A program made the translations under genes and the position numbers. Source: a bacterium (GTDB taxonomy: Bacteria > Patescibacteriota > Patescibacteriia > UBA2196). From it: a stretch of DNA of 64,000 bases. The DNA is taken from positions 23,996-87,995 of the forward strand of contig DAOOQN010000001.1 of NCBI GenBank assembly GCA_035388785.1, read 5' to 3'. Numbering within the stretch: position 1 is the stretch's first letter; every line of letters begins with the position of its first letter. The notes under the pieces are model-generated. The model made no database searches. It had not been told where the DNA came from and worked only from the letters and a program-made list of their open reading frames with translations. Below, piece after piece: positions 1-9,527 of the stretch.

Positions 1-321
1 TTCAACCGTAAGGGTGGCATTGTCAATTTCAACTGGCACTGCAAATAATAAATACAAATCCTGATTATCGGCAATACAAAATTCACGCCCATCTTTATCA
101 ACAGCATAAATCATTCCTCGGGCCGGCAAAAGTTTTTGCGTATTTTCATGTTGAGCTATGGCCATCGTTTTATATAGACCATGTTTAAAAACCTGTAAAT
201 AAAAAAGTCGGCTCAAAAAAACAGCCGCTAAAACTAAAAAGAGCACGGCTATGAATTTTATTCTGGCAGTGCTCCCCGTGTGTTCTGCGTTATTTTTAAT
301 CGAACCGCTGAACCGTGTCAT
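1..321 (-). CDS. ftsI: Penicillin-binding protein FtsI/PBP2-type, N-terminal part (runs off the window edge)
   Basis: Manual translation from ATG at 321: MTRFSG...IAVLFLVLAAVFLSRLFYLQVFKHG...LLPARGMIY (TM helix, RLxxLQ and PxRGxI motifs of class B PBPs); follows mraZ-rsmH-ftsL. Confidence 0.8.
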   Translation of the reverse strand, partial: MTRFSGSIKNNAEHTGSTARIKFIAVLFLVLAAVFLSRLFYLQVFKHGLYKTMAIAQHENTQKLLPARGMIYAVDKDGREFCIADNQDLYLLFAVPVEIDNATLTVE

Positions 322-332
322 GATATTATAAA

Positions 333-704
333 TTATTTAACTAAAGCTACTGCATTACCATCAATTGGTAAATATTCAATTGCCTCCACATTCACCATGT
401 CTAGGTCACTCACCTTTTCTTGCACCTTGGCGAGTGATTTAAATTGTTGCATCTTATTTTCCATCTGTTTATTTTGTTCCATCAAGACTTTTTGCTGATT
501 TTCCAAACGTGATAATTCAAAACCCTTAGCTGAATCATTATTGACCGAAAAAACATACAACCCTGCTAAACCAATCATTGAAATCATTAAAAAAATACGC
601 CCCACATTAAAAAGATTAACTACTCTTTTGGTTTTATTTTTCATGCTTTGCTTTACTTTAATATTCTTTTTTCGCCTGGCACACAAAGAAAAATATTTGG
701 ACAT
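333..704 (-). CDS. ftsL: FtsL-like cell division protein (single TM plus coiled coil)
   Basis: Basic N-terminus, one TM helix, heptad coiled coil; lies between rsmH and ftsI. Start codon uncertain. Confidence 0.6.
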   Translation of the reverse strand: MSKYFSLCARRKKNIKVKQSMKNKTKRVVNLFNVGRIFLMISMIGLAGLYVFSVNNDSAKGFELSRLENQQKVLMEQNKQMENKMQQFKSLAKVQEKVSDLDMVNVEAIEYLPIDGNAVALVK

Positions 705-735
705 AATTTTTTATTTTTATTTTTAAATATTATAA

Positions 736-1620
736 TTATATTTTTTCCACCACCCGTAATTTTGCACTACGACTCCGTGGATTAACAATCACCTCTTCTG
801 TTGTGGCTGCAATTGGCTTTTTGGTCAAAATTTTTAAATTTGGATTTTCTTTTCTTGCATTAGTTTGAAAAAAAACCTTCACTATTCTATCTTCCGCGCC
901 CTGAAAAGCTATAACTGCTAATCTGCCACCAGGTGCCAACAAATCAATGGCTTGCGGTAAAAAATTGGTCAAAACTTCCAGTTCTTGATTAACCGCTACG
1001 CGCAAAGCTTGAAACACTAACGTGGCTGGATGAATCTTTTTTTGTCCGGGGGAGGGTTGAATTTGTTTCACCGCTTCTACTAAATCAAAAGTTGTTTTAA
1101 AGGGCTTTTGCTTTCTAGTTTTTCTAACCTGGGCGGCCAGTTGACCCGCAAAACGATATTCGCCATAATTTTCAAAAATAAACTTTAATTCGTCCTGACT
1201 ATAGGAATTAAGAATATTAGCCGCGTTAACATCTAATCCCATATCAAATCGCATATCCAACGGTTCATCTTTTTGAAAAGTAAAACCACGACCTGAATTT
1301 TCTAGCTGATCTGAAGATAACCCCAAATCAGCCAAAATTCCATCCACCTGTAAAAAACCATATTTTTCAGCTACCTGCTTTAAATTCTCAAAATTAGCAT
1401 TAGCTATAATTAAATTCTTACTAGAAAATAACTTTATACCTTTTTCAACCGCTCCACAGTCAGCATCCAGGGCTAATATTTGTCCACTCGTCCCCACCCG
1501 TTGTAAAAATTCTTGTGTATGTCCACCGCCACCAAAAGTGGCATCAATAAATTTTTGCCCCGCTTGTGGATTTAGGTATTCCAAAACTTCTTTAACTAAA
1601 ACTGGAGTATGAACCGACAT
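736..1620 (-). CDS. rsmH: 16S rRNA m4C1402 methyltransferase RsmH
   Basis: HTPVL, DATFGGGGH, DLGLSSDQL, PLDMR, FQALRVAVNQEL, NPRSRSAKLR. Confidence 0.97.
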   Translation of the reverse strand: MSVHTPVLVKEVLEYLNPQAGQKFIDATFGGGGHTQEFLQRVGTSGQILALDADCGAVEKGIKLFSSKNLIIANANFENLKQVAEKYGFLQVDGILADLGLSSDQLENSGRGFTFQKDEPLDMRFDMGLDVNAANILNSYSQDELKFIFENYGEYRFAGQLAAQVRKTRKQKPFKTTFDLVEAVKQIQPSPGQKKIHPATLVFQALRVAVNQELEVLTNFLPQAIDLLAPGGRLAVIAFQGAEDRIVKVFFQTNARKENPNLKILTKKPIAATTEEVIVNPRSRSAKLRVVEKI

Positions 1621-1650
1621 GGTGCCTTGCTTTTTTAAAATTAAAATTGT

Positions 1651-2082
1651 TTAAATCCCCATTTCTCCCATCGTCTCGGCTAATTTATCAGCCTGTTTTT
1701 CAATCTGTGCCTTATAGGTCTGCCATTTGCCTTCATCCCAAATTTCTAAACGACTATTTAGTCCAGCGACTACTACTTTTTTATCAATGCCCGCATATTT
1801 TTTTAAATAATCTGGAATTAAAATCCTACCCAAGTTATCCGGCTTAACATCCATAGCGCCAGCTAACATAATACGTGAAAAACCCCTGGCTTCGGCTTTA
1901 CCAATTGGTAATTCTGCCAATTTATCCACCAATTTTTGCCACTCTTTGGTTGTTAATAAAAATAAACAATTATCAAACCCCCTAGTCACGTATGCACCCT
2001 GCTTTAAACTCAGCCGAAATTTGGCGGGTATGGCTAAACGATTTTTATCGTCAAGATTATGTTGATACTCGCCAATAAACAT
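1651..2082 (-). CDS. mraZ: Transcriptional regulator MraZ (start corrected to MFIGEY)
   Basis: MFIGEYQHNLDDKNRLAIP and DNLGRILIP (two DxxxR motifs), LEIWD; 143 aa. Confidence 0.96.
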   Translation of the reverse strand: MFIGEYQHNLDDKNRLAIPAKFRLSLKQGAYVTRGFDNCLFLLTTKEWQKLVDKLAELPIGKAEARGFSRIMLAGAMDVKPDNLGRILIPDYLKKYAGIDKKVVVAGLNSRLEIWDEGKWQTYKAQIEKQADKLAETMGEMGI

Positions 2083-2100
2083 AATTGGGAATTTAATAGT

Positions 2101-2181
2101 TATCCACTTTATACCACTTTGCACCACTCTACTACTATTATATACCAATTTTACCCAGCTAACAACCACCACTTATCCACC
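2101..2181 (-). promoter_or_regulatory. mraZ promoter with 10-bp-periodic GTGG direct repeats (MraZ operator) and a TATAAT -10
   Basis: Minus strand reads gtggataagtggtggttgttagctgggtaaaattggtaTATAATagtagtagaGTGGtgcaaaGTGGtataaaGTGGata. Confidence 0.8.
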
Positions 2182-2189
2182 AAAAATAT

Positions 2190-2218
2190 AAAAAACGGCT
2201 TGAAAAAATTTCAAGCCG
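2190..2218 (-). terminator. Rho-independent terminator ending the hyd-glycolysis-mutM-PAP2 operon
   Basis: CGGCTTGAAA-aaa-TTTCAAGCCG 10-bp stem followed by a U-tract on the minus strand. Confidence 0.8.
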
Positions 2219-2260
2219 CTACGTGCCTATTATTAGTGTATATTATAATTTTATAAAAAA

Positions 2261-2812
2261 TTATTTTTTCTTTAAAATAAACCCAACGATCATGGCGGTT
2301 AAAATTCCCACTACTGCTCCACCTAAAACATCCAAAGGATAATGTACACCGGTATAAATTCTACCCAAACCTACCAAAATTGCCAAAACAAACAAAAAAC
2401 CACCCAGAGCTTTATTATAAAAAAATATCACCGCAGCTACAGCAAAAGAAGCTGCTGCATGATCAGAGGGAAAAGACTTCTCCGACATTGGATTGACCAT
2501 CTGCTTTACACCTTCGCGTAAAAAGGGTCGTTCACGAAAATGAATTAAAGCTATTAAGTTATTTATTAAATAAACACCCACCGCGGTTAAACCCAAATGC
2601 CCCACAGCCAACCATTTTTTTTTGCCTTCTACAGGCCAAGCAAAAGTTGGTTTCGATTTATGCAAACTAATCCACCAGCCCAGTGCCGCGCCAAAAATTA
2701 CAAAAATTAAATATTTAGCACAAATAATAGCCACCAAATCAAGCCAGTGATATTTTCCAGCTAAAGAATTTATAGCTGTAAAAAATTGATAATCAAAATT
2801 TAAAAACCACAT
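2261..2812 (-). CDS. PAP2-family phosphatase (undecaprenyl-diphosphatase BcrC-like)
   Basis: RERP, SFPSDH, GRIYTGVHYPLDV motifs; several TM helices. Confidence 0.9.
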   Translation of the reverse strand: MWFLNFDYQFFTAINSLAGKYHWLDLVAIICAKYLIFVIFGAALGWWISLHKSKPTFAWPVEGKKKWLAVGHLGLTAVGVYLINNLIALIHFRERPFLREGVKQMVNPMSEKSFPSDHAAASFAVAAVIFFYNKALGGFLFVLAILVGLGRIYTGVHYPLDVLGGAVVGILTAMIVGFILKKK

Positions 2813-2830
2813 AATTTAAATAATAAAAAA

Positions 2831-3691
2831 CTATTTTTGACACTGAGCGCAAAAAACTGTCGCTCGCTGAGCCTGTTTCATAACTCTTAAAGCTGCACCA
2901 CATTTTAGACACGGCTGACCGGCACGACCGTAAACTTTTAAAAAATTGGACATCTTTCCCTGCTCGCCCAATGCATCCACATAATCAACCACCGAAGTGC
3001 CTTTTTTGGCAATGGCCAATTTTAAAATTTTCTTTAAACACACTAATAATTTTTTTGTTTCACTGACATTTAAAGAATTAGCGGGTCGCTGTGGCCCAAT
3101 ACCAGCGCAAAAACAGGCTTCCGTAGCATAAATATTACCTATTCCAGCTACAAAACTTTGCTCCATCAAAAGTGGTTTAATGGCTGTTTTTTTCTTAGCC
3201 AATAATGCTCCAAATTTATCCACCGTCAAACTTTCATCCAATAGTTCGGGGCCTATTTTTTGCAACATCTGCTCTAGTTCTTTTTTATTGACTAATTTAA
3301 CCCAACCAAACTGGCGTGTATCATTAAAAAATAACTTAGCACCATTTTCAAAAGTAAATATGACATGCGAATATTTATTCGGCAATGTTTTTAAATCTTG
3401 CTTAATAGGATGTCCGCCACCAACCAAGGAACCTTTTTTTGAGCGATAAGTTAATTGGCCAGTCATTTTAAGGTGAAAAACTAAAAAATATCCATTACTT
3501 AATTCTAATAGCAAATTTTTTGCTCTTCGTTTAATTTGTTTAATTTTAACACCAACTGCATTTTTTAAAAAATATTTCAACGGATTCTTTATCTGTTTAG
3601 ACAAATTAACCTCTACTTTGTCAATCTTATTATTAACAATCAATCGACGTAGCCCCAATTTTATTGTTTCAACTTCTGGCAGTTCTGGCAT
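2831..3691 (-). CDS. mutM: Formamidopyrimidine-DNA glycosylase
   Basis: MPELPEVET, HLKMTG, GIGNIYATE, C-terminal CxxC...CxxCQ zinc finger. Confidence 0.97.
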   Translation of the reverse strand: MPELPEVETIKLGLRRLIVNNKIDKVEVNLSKQIKNPLKYFLKNAVGVKIKQIKRRAKNLLLELSNGYFLVFHLKMTGQLTYRSKKGSLVGGGHPIKQDLKTLPNKYSHVIFTFENGAKLFFNDTRQFGWVKLVNKKELEQMLQKIGPELLDESLTVDKFGALLAKKKTAIKPLLMEQSFVAGIGNIYATEACFCAGIGPQRPANSLNVSETKKLLVCLKKILKLAIAKKGTSVVDYVDALGEQGKMSNFLKVYGRAGQPCLKCGAALRVMKQAQRATVFCAQCQK

Positions 3692-3703
3692 AAAAAAATA
3701 ATT

Positions 3704-5302
3704 TTAAATTAAACTCCTACCCGTCATCTCTTTGGGCTGTTCAATTTGCATAATTTTTAAAATGGTTGGTGCAATATCTGCTAAAACTCCTGAAGGTGTT
3801 AGTAATGTCAAATCGACTGTTTCTTCACCAGTATAGTGACTTTTAAACGCCTGTCCAATGATTAAAAACGGCACCGGTGCTGTGGAGTGTTCTTTATCAA
3901 TCTCGCCGGTTTTATCATTCACCAGACACTCAGCGTTTCCATGATCAGCTGTTATGAGTGTCACACCACCATTATTTAAAACCGCATCCACAATTTCACC
4001 CACATACTTATCAACTTTTTCTATGGCTTTAATAGTAGCTTTCTGATCACCAGTATGGCTGACCATATCCGAATTAGCAAAATTAACAACTATAAAATCA
4101 AATTTATTATTGCTAATTTCTTTAACTAAAGTATTTTTTATTTCGCCAGCCGACATTTCTGGTTTTTCTGCATAACTTTCTACTCGTGGCGATGGAATCA
4201 AAACCCTTTCCTCGCCTGGTAAGGTCTCTTCCAAACCACCGTTAAAAAAATAAGTTACGTGGGCATATTTTTCAGTTTCGGCTATATGTAGTTGTTTCAA
4301 ACCCTGCTCGCTTAAAACTTTTGCCAACGGCATAATAATATGTTCTGGTGGAAAAGCAACATCCACCGGCAACTGTTTTTCATATTGGGTCATGGTCACA
4401 AAATATAAATTAGCCAAATATTCAGGTCTCTCAAACTTTTCAAAACCCGGTAATACAAAAGCACGTGTTAATTCTCTAGCTCTATCAGCGCGAAAATTAA
4501 GAAATATTACCGCATCTTTATCTTTAATTGTAGTTAAAGGTTGACCCGTCACATCCAAACACACAATTGGTTTTAATTCTTCATCATAAATTTCACCTGT
4601 ATATGATTTTTGGATCATTATCAAAACATCTATTCCTCTAGATTCGGCTATGCCATACGTCATTGCCTGATAAGCTGGGCTTATACGTTCCCAATGATTA
4701 TCACGATCCATGGCCCAAAAACGACCACAGACGGTAGCAATTTTTCCCACGCCAATTTCTTGCATTTTTTTTTCCACCTGACGTAATAGTTCCAAACCAG
4801 AATTATAACCCATATCGCGTCCATCCAAAATAGCGTGCACAAAAACATCTTTTAACTGTTGCTGTTTGGCAAGTTCCAATAATGCATAGAGGTGATCGAC
4901 TGAAGCATGTACACCACCAGTCGAGATTAATCCAATTATATGTAATGAAGTTTTATTTTTTTTAGCATTCAAGCAAGCCTTAATCAAAATTGAATTCTTG
5001 AAAAATTCGCCGTTCAAAATAGCACGGTTAATACGGGGTAGTTCCTGAAATATAATTTTACCAGCACCAATATTTAAATGTCCAACCTCAGAATTACCCA
5101 TTTCACCAAACGGTAACCCTACCGCCTCACCAGATGCCTGCAATGTCGTACTAAAATACTGCTGTACATACTTATTAAAATTTGGTGTTTTGGCCTGGGC
5201 AATGGCATTACTGATTAAAGCTGGTGCCACCCCCCAGCCATCCAAAATTACAAGTACCACCGGTTTGAGCCTGCTTTCTTCTATATTATTATCTTCATTC
5301 AT
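3704..5302 (-). CDS. gpmI: 2,3-bisphosphoglycerate-independent phosphoglycerate mutase, copy A
   Basis: ILDGWG, GNSEVGH, DGRD, AMDRD, AETEKYAH, DMVSHTG, TADHGN. Confidence 0.95.
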   Translation of the reverse strand: MNEDNNIEESRLKPVVLVILDGWGVAPALISNAIAQAKTPNFNKYVQQYFSTTLQASGEAVGLPFGEMGNSEVGHLNIGAGKIIFQELPRINRAILNGEFFKNSILIKACLNAKKNKTSLHIIGLISTGGVHASVDHLYALLELAKQQQLKDVFVHAILDGRDMGYNSGLELLRQVEKKMQEIGVGKIATVCGRFWAMDRDNHWERISPAYQAMTYGIAESRGIDVLIMIQKSYTGEIYDEELKPIVCLDVTGQPLTTIKDKDAVIFLNFRADRARELTRAFVLPGFEKFERPEYLANLYFVTMTQYEKQLPVDVAFPPEHIIMPLAKVLSEQGLKQLHIAETEKYAHVTYFFNGGLEETLPGEERVLIPSPRVESYAEKPEMSAGEIKNTLVKEISNNKFDFIVVNFANSDMVSHTGDQKATIKAIEKVDKYVGEIVDAVLNNGGVTLITADHGNAECLVNDKTGEIDKEHSTAPVPFLIIGQAFKSHYTGEETVDLTLLTPSGVLADIAPTILKIMQIEQPKEMTGRSLI

Positions 5303-5311
5303 AAATTAAAA

Positions 5312-6931
5312 TTAGCTAACTATAAGTGATGTTTCAGTCATCTCTATTGGTTTTGTTTTACCTAATAAATCTAAAATTGTTGGTGAAACATTAGCCAAAA
5401 GACCCTTATCTTTTAATTGATATTTTTTTATATTTTTTGTTCTTTTGTCAACAATGATAAATGGTACTGGAAAAGAAGAATGCTGGGTATCTATCTTACC
5501 TGTTTTTTCATCAATCATTTCTTCTATATTACCATGATCTGCTGTCACTAATAAAATACCTCTTTTTTCTGTCAGAACTTTTAAAATTTTTCCCACACAA
5601 GTATCGACTACTTCGCAAGCCTTGATACCGGCAGCTAAATTACCCGTATGTGCCACCATGTCTGGGTTGGCAAAATTAACTAAAATAAAATCATATTTAT
5701 TTTCTTTTATATCACCTACTACCCTTTCAGTAATTTTTAAAGCTGACATTTCTGGCTGTAAATCATATGAAGAAACATCCAACGATGGAACCATTACTCT
5801 GTCCTCGCCATTTACCGGATCAGCATAACCACCATTAAAAAAATATGTTACGTGGGCGTACTTTTCATTTTCAGCAATATACAATTGTCGCATATCTGTT
5901 AAAACCATAGGTAAAGTATTCTTTAGGTTTTGTGATGGAAAAGCGGTTAAAATATTATCCAAATCAGGCCCAAAATCAGTCATGGAAACAAATAGTAAAT
6001 CTTTCAAAACTCGACTACGCACAAAAGATCCTGGATTCTTTTTATTAAAATCTGCTTGTAAAAAAGTTTTTGTTAATTCTCTAGCACGATCAGATCTTTG
6101 ATTAAAAAACACCACAGCATCACCGTTCTTAACTTCTGTAACCGATTTACCACTCACACACACACCCTTATTGTCGCATTTACCATCCACAACTATCACT
6201 GTGGGTACAATAAATTCATCACTCTCACCACGATCATAAGCTTGCTTGATAGCTTCCTCAGCTGTCTTGGCATAATATACAGCCTTACCGGCGACCACGG
6301 CTTGATATGCCTTTTCTATGCGATCCCATTGTTTTTTTCTATCCATGGCATAATAACGGCCACAAATCGTAGCAATTTTTTCACCACCCTGCATTTCTTT
6401 TCTGATCTTTTTTAAAAAATCCAACGCACCAAAACGATAAGAATCACGTCCATCAGTAAAAAGATGTAAAAAAATTTCTTTGACACCTTCCTGACGATAA
6501 AATGTCAACAATGCCAAAAGATGTTCGGGATCCGCGTGTGCTGATTGCCAACCCGTCAAAAGACCCATTAAATGCAAACGACCATTTGTTCTTTTTAAAT
6601 GTTTAAGGCTGGCTTTAAGAGCTGGATTTTTAAAAAAAAGTCCATTTTTAATGGCTTTAGAAACCATTAAAGTATCCTGATCCACTATTCTGCCTGCGCC
6701 CAAATTAAAATGGCCAGCTTCTGAGTTGCCATCCTGTGTAGCTGGCAAACCCACACATCTACCAGAGGCACATAATTGCGTATGTGGATAATTTTTCCAA
6801 AGTGTATTAAAAACTGGGACATTCGCCTCAGTAATTGCATTCCCATTATAAGCTTTATTAATTCCCCAGCCATCCAAAATTACCATTACCAAAGGATTGT
6901 TGTTTGGTTGTTTTATTCTTTTTTGTGACAT
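5312..6931 (-). CDS. gpmI: 2,3-bisphosphoglycerate-independent phosphoglycerate mutase, copy B
   Basis: ILDGWG, GNSEAGH, DGRD, YYAMDR, AENEKYAH, DMVAHTG, TADHGN. Confidence 0.93.
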   Translation of the reverse strand: MSQKRIKQPNNNPLVMVILDGWGINKAYNGNAITEANVPVFNTLWKNYPHTQLCASGRCVGLPATQDGNSEAGHFNLGAGRIVDQDTLMVSKAIKNGLFFKNPALKASLKHLKRTNGRLHLMGLLTGWQSAHADPEHLLALLTFYRQEGVKEIFLHLFTDGRDSYRFGALDFLKKIRKEMQGGEKIATICGRYYAMDRKKQWDRIEKAYQAVVAGKAVYYAKTAEEAIKQAYDRGESDEFIVPTVIVVDGKCDNKGVCVSGKSVTEVKNGDAVVFFNQRSDRARELTKTFLQADFNKKNPGSFVRSRVLKDLLFVSMTDFGPDLDNILTAFPSQNLKNTLPMVLTDMRQLYIAENEKYAHVTYFFNGGYADPVNGEDRVMVPSLDVSSYDLQPEMSALKITERVVGDIKENKYDFILVNFANPDMVAHTGNLAAGIKACEVVDTCVGKILKVLTEKRGILLVTADHGNIEEMIDEKTGKIDTQHSSFPVPFIIVDKRTKNIKKYQLKDKGLLANVSPTILDLLGKTKPIEMTETSLIVS

Positions 6932-6936
6932 ATTTT

Positions 6937-8220
6937 CTATTTATTTTCTATCTCCATCAAGCGATTATATTTTACTACTCTTTCTCCACGGGCCAGTGAA
7001 CCAAATTTAACAAAATCGGAATTTAAAGCCACAGCTAAGTCAGCAATAAAATCATCTGTTGTTTCACCTGAACGATGCGAAGTAATAATTGAATAACCAG
7101 CCGCTTGAGCTATTTTAGCAAATTCAAGACTTTCTGACAAAGTTCCAATTTGATTAGGTTTTAATATAACCGCATTACCCACATCACGCTTAATGCCGGC
7201 TCTTAATCTTTCTGAATTGGTTGTAAAAAGATCATCCCCCACCAAAAACATTTTTTGTTTAGAAGCTAAGGGTTTAAAACGTTTAAATTCCTTTGTTAGT
7301 TCTTCCCAACCCTCCCAATCATTTTCCGCTAGTCCATCTTCAATAGAAAAAATCGGATATTTGTGCGCCCAATCACGATATAAAGAGATTAATTGGTCAG
7401 CAATAAAATAATGATCATCAAGATCAAAAACATATAATCTTTTTTGCGGATCATAAAGTTCCGAAGCACCCACATCCAAGGCCAGACCAACCTGATTACC
7501 AGCATGATAGCCAGCTTTGTTAATGGCTTCCATAATCATATCAAACGCCTGCATGGTGGAATCCAAATTGGGTGCATAACCCCCTTCATTACCCACATCA
7601 GTATCAAAATAATTGCTGTGTAATACTTCACCTAAAGCATGAAAAATTTCAGCACCAGCCCGCACCTGTTCAGCCAAACCCTTTATCCCAAATGGTACAA
7701 TCATAAATTCCTGTAAATTCAAATTTGTATCCGCATGTTTACCGCCGTTAAAAATATTAAACATTGGTATGGGCAACTGACGACTAGCGCTTGGTAGTTG
7801 ATAAATTTTTCTTAAATAAGCATAAAGTTCTAAATTCTCCGCCAAAGCCCCAGCTCTGGCACATGCCAAAGAAACCGACAAAATAGCATTGGCTCCTAAA
7901 TGCGATTTATCACTAGTGCCGTCCAGCTTAAGCATAGCACGATCAATCTCTATTTGTTTTAAAATTTCCAAACCAAAAACTTTTTTGGCTATATTTTTAT
8001 TCACATTTTCAATCGCTTTTAAAACACCCAAACCGCCATATCTTTTTTTATCCCTATCGCGCAGTTCTACAGCTTCATGCTCACCGATTGATGCACCGGC
8101 TGGCACACTGGCTTTGGCTTTCAAACCACAGTCCAAAGTTACCTCTGTTTCTAAAGTTGGATTACCACGTGAATCAAGAATTTCACGCGCATAAAGTTTG
8201 GCAATGGTATTTTTTTTCAT
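6937..8220 (-). CDS. eno: Enolase
   Basis: REILDSRGNPT, LGANAILSVS, VGDDLF, KPNQIGT, SHRSGET. Confidence 0.97.
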   Translation of the reverse strand: MKKNTIAKLYAREILDSRGNPTLETEVTLDCGLKAKASVPAGASIGEHEAVELRDRDKKRYGGLGVLKAIENVNKNIAKKVFGLEILKQIEIDRAMLKLDGTSDKSHLGANAILSVSLACARAGALAENLELYAYLRKIYQLPSASRQLPIPMFNIFNGGKHADTNLNLQEFMIVPFGIKGLAEQVRAGAEIFHALGEVLHSNYFDTDVGNEGGYAPNLDSTMQAFDMIMEAINKAGYHAGNQVGLALDVGASELYDPQKRLYVFDLDDHYFIADQLISLYRDWAHKYPIFSIEDGLAENDWEGWEELTKEFKRFKPLASKQKMFLVGDDLFTTNSERLRAGIKRDVGNAVILKPNQIGTLSESLEFAKIAQAAGYSIITSHRSGETTDDFIADLAVALNSDFVKFGSLARGERVVKYNRLMEIENK

Positions 8221-8235
8221 ATATTTTTTAATTTA

Positions 8236-9501
8236 TTATTTTTGTAATCCAGGTAATTTTTTACCACCCAAAAATTCTAACATCGCCCCGCCACCAGTGG
8301 AAACAAAAATTCGTTTGGGCAATTCTTTATTTTTCAACACACTTTTCAAAGCTTCTTCTGTTTCTCCACCACCTATAATCGCGCGTGCGCGGGCTTTAAT
8401 AATTAGCTCAGCCACACAAAATGTTCCCACAGCAAACTCAGATTCTTCAAACTTCCCCATGGGTCCATTCCACACAACGCAGCGAGCGCCTTTGATTATG
8501 CGCCCATACAATTCCAAGGTTTGTGGTCCAATATCTAAAATTTTATCATTTAGATTAACTTGACTGGCTGCTTTTATTTCTTTTTCTTCTGTTTTTAAAT
8601 TTTTGACCGCCACATCAATAGGTAAAATTATTTTGTGACGTAAATTTTTTATTGTTGCTAAGTCCAGTTTGTCACTTATAAAACCATTGCTGACAGAAAA
8701 CTGTTTATCTTTTATTATAAAATTAAGCGCCCCGCTTTTTGATTTTTGCCACAACTTTTTAGCCGCTGCTAAATATTCTCGATCAATTAAAGACTGACCA
8801 ACTTCATAATTCAAAATTTTAAAAAAATTATTAACAATCGCCCCACCCACCAACAGATAATCAGCCTTAGCTAAAAATTTATCCAAAACCGGCAACTTAG
8901 TTTCAATTTTTGCCCCACCAATAATGACCACCAGAGGTCTGAGTGGTCGATTCAAAACTTCTGACAATTTTTCCACTTCTTTGGTTAAGTTAAAACCGGC
9001 ATAACTGGGTAAATAATTTTTTATAGCATCCACCGACGCACATGCACGATGCGAGACAGCAAACGCTTCATTTACGTAAACATCGGCCCAACTGGCTAGT
9101 TGCCTAGCAAATTTTTTATCATTTTTTTCCTCACCCAACCAAAAACGTAAATTTTCTAACATTATAATTTTATCTTTTTTGTCTCGTTTTAAATTAATAG
9201 AAGAACTAATTTCGCCAAATTTAATCAATTCAATTTTCGTCTTCAATAGTTTTTCTAAATGCTCCTGCACTGGCTTTAAACTCAACTCCCCAACCACCTT
9301 TCCATTTGGCCGACCCAAATGTCCCATTAAAATTATTTGGCATTTCTTTTTTAATAAAAATTTAATTGTTAAAAGACTCGCTTTTAGTCGACTGTCATCT
9401 TCAATTCGTCCCGCACTCAACGGCACATCAAAATCACAACGCACCAAGACTCTTTTATCTTTTAGGTTTTCAGCCAATTTGATTGATGCTAAATACGGCA
9501 T
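8236..9501 (-). CDS. pgk: Phosphoglycerate kinase
   Basis: VLVRCDFDVP, HLGRP, LENLRF, GGAK, WNGPMG, VSTGGGAMLEFL. Confidence 0.96.
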   Translation of the reverse strand: MPYLASIKLAENLKDKRVLVRCDFDVPLSAGRIEDDSRLKASLLTIKFLLKKKCQIILMGHLGRPNGKVVGELSLKPVQEHLEKLLKTKIELIKFGEISSSINLKRDKKDKIIMLENLRFWLGEEKNDKKFARQLASWADVYVNEAFAVSHRACASVDAIKNYLPSYAGFNLTKEVEKLSEVLNRPLRPLVVIIGGAKIETKLPVLDKFLAKADYLLVGGAIVNNFFKILNYEVGQSLIDREYLAAAKKLWQKSKSGALNFIIKDKQFSVSNGFISDKLDLATIKNLRHKIILPIDVAVKNLKTEEKEIKAASQVNLNDKILDIGPQTLELYGRIIKGARCVVWNGPMGKFEESEFAVGTFCVAELIIKARARAIIGGGETEEALKSVLKNKELPKRIFVSTGGGAMLEFLGGKKLPGLQK

Positions 9502-9527
9502 ATTTTTTAATATTTTGAATTTAAAAT

